Shown piece after piece: positions 63,584-64,000 of a DNA stretch of 64,000 nt (within the stretch, counting starts at the first letter, position 1; each line of letters opens with the position of its first letter). Location: assembly GCA_963788195.1 (NCBI GenBank), contig CAWBGA010000017.1, positions 768,001 to 832,000 of the forward strand, given 5' to 3'. The stretch comes from Nitrospirota bacterium. GTDB taxonomy: Bacteria > Nitrospirota > Nitrospiria > Nitrospirales > NS-4. The notes below the pieces were generated by a model. The model saw only the letters and a list, made by a program, of their open reading frames with translations, was not told the DNA's origin and made no database searches. A program made the translations under genes and the position numbers.

Positions 63584-64000
63584 TCATTCCGGCAGGTCCC
63601 GCATCTTCATGTGCATAGCCCGAGCAAAGTGCTCGAGAACGCTCTCCAGCCTGGGATATTGCTTGATGACGACGAAGAGATCGGCGGAGCGGAGCCTCAA
63701 GACTTCTGTTTCTGCCTTGGCAAAGACCGATGCGCTGCGCGGCCCCCCTACCAACAAAGACAGCTCGCCAAAGAACTCGCCTTCACCAAGTTCGCATAAT
63801 TCCACTTCCTGTCCTTTGTGCTCCTTCACAACCTTGCCCCCACCGCGAGTAATAAGGTACATCCCGTCCCCTTCCTCGCCTTCGGCAATAATCCGCTCTC
63901 CCTCGATAAATTCCAGGGGCTCGAGCTTTTCCACAATGGCTCCGAATTCATCCGGAGTAAAACTCGCAAAGAGCTGATCGATGTTTTTCTTGTCGGAGAG
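63584..64000 (-). CDS. Cyclic nucleotide-binding domain protein (3' part; 5' end lies outside the window)
   Basis: IIAEGEEGDGMYLI...GEFFGELSLLVGGPRSASV. Confidence 0.9.
   Translation of the reverse strand, partial: LSDKKNIDQLFASFTPDEFGAIVEKLEPLEFIEGERIIAEGEEGDGMYLITRGGGKVVKEHKGQEVELCELGEGEFFGELSLLVGGPRSASVFAKAETEVLRLRSADLFVVIKQYPRLESVLEHFARAMHMKMRDLPE

Overview
GC-rich bacterial chromosomal segment. The gene content and order (alginate-export-type porin, pilD-pilS-pilR, ihfA-merR-tRNA-Pro, alaC-hom-thrC-apgM-lysC-cimA, accD-folC-lptD) suggest a Nitrospirota-like organism, but this is inference only. Many genes in the first ~31 kb are split by small indels, including the normally essential ftsY and ybeY, so these breaks are most likely long-read consensus errors rather than real pseudogenes. 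The left part holds a lipid A/envelope-modification and peptidase locus, followed by ftsY-ybeY-phoH. The centre (14-40 kb) is a large type IV pilus region. Cluster 1 is fimT-pilV-pilV'-pilW-pilX-orf-pilY1-Ig lipoprotein, and its duplicated PilV-like minor pilin carries a C-terminal tail of about 128 prolines encoded by a (CCG/CCA)n tract. An inverted insert follows, encoding duplicated secreted Cys/His-motif proteins of unknown function. Cluster 2 is a second minor-pilin set with non-canonical prepilin motifs and no pilY1. A pilD-kinase-response regulator-second sigma54 activator-amidohydrolase operon sits divergent from a stand-alone LuxR HTH gene. The right part is mostly housekeeping: rlmB, cysS, tRNA-Pro, Thr/Ile biosynthesis, a PEP-CTERM gene, uvrA, recN, trxA, lptD, folC, accD, a class II cyclic-nucleotide phosphodiesterase and a cNMP-binding protein. 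Several non-coding motifs and hairpin elements were also found. No CRISPR array, rRNA or transposase was seen.
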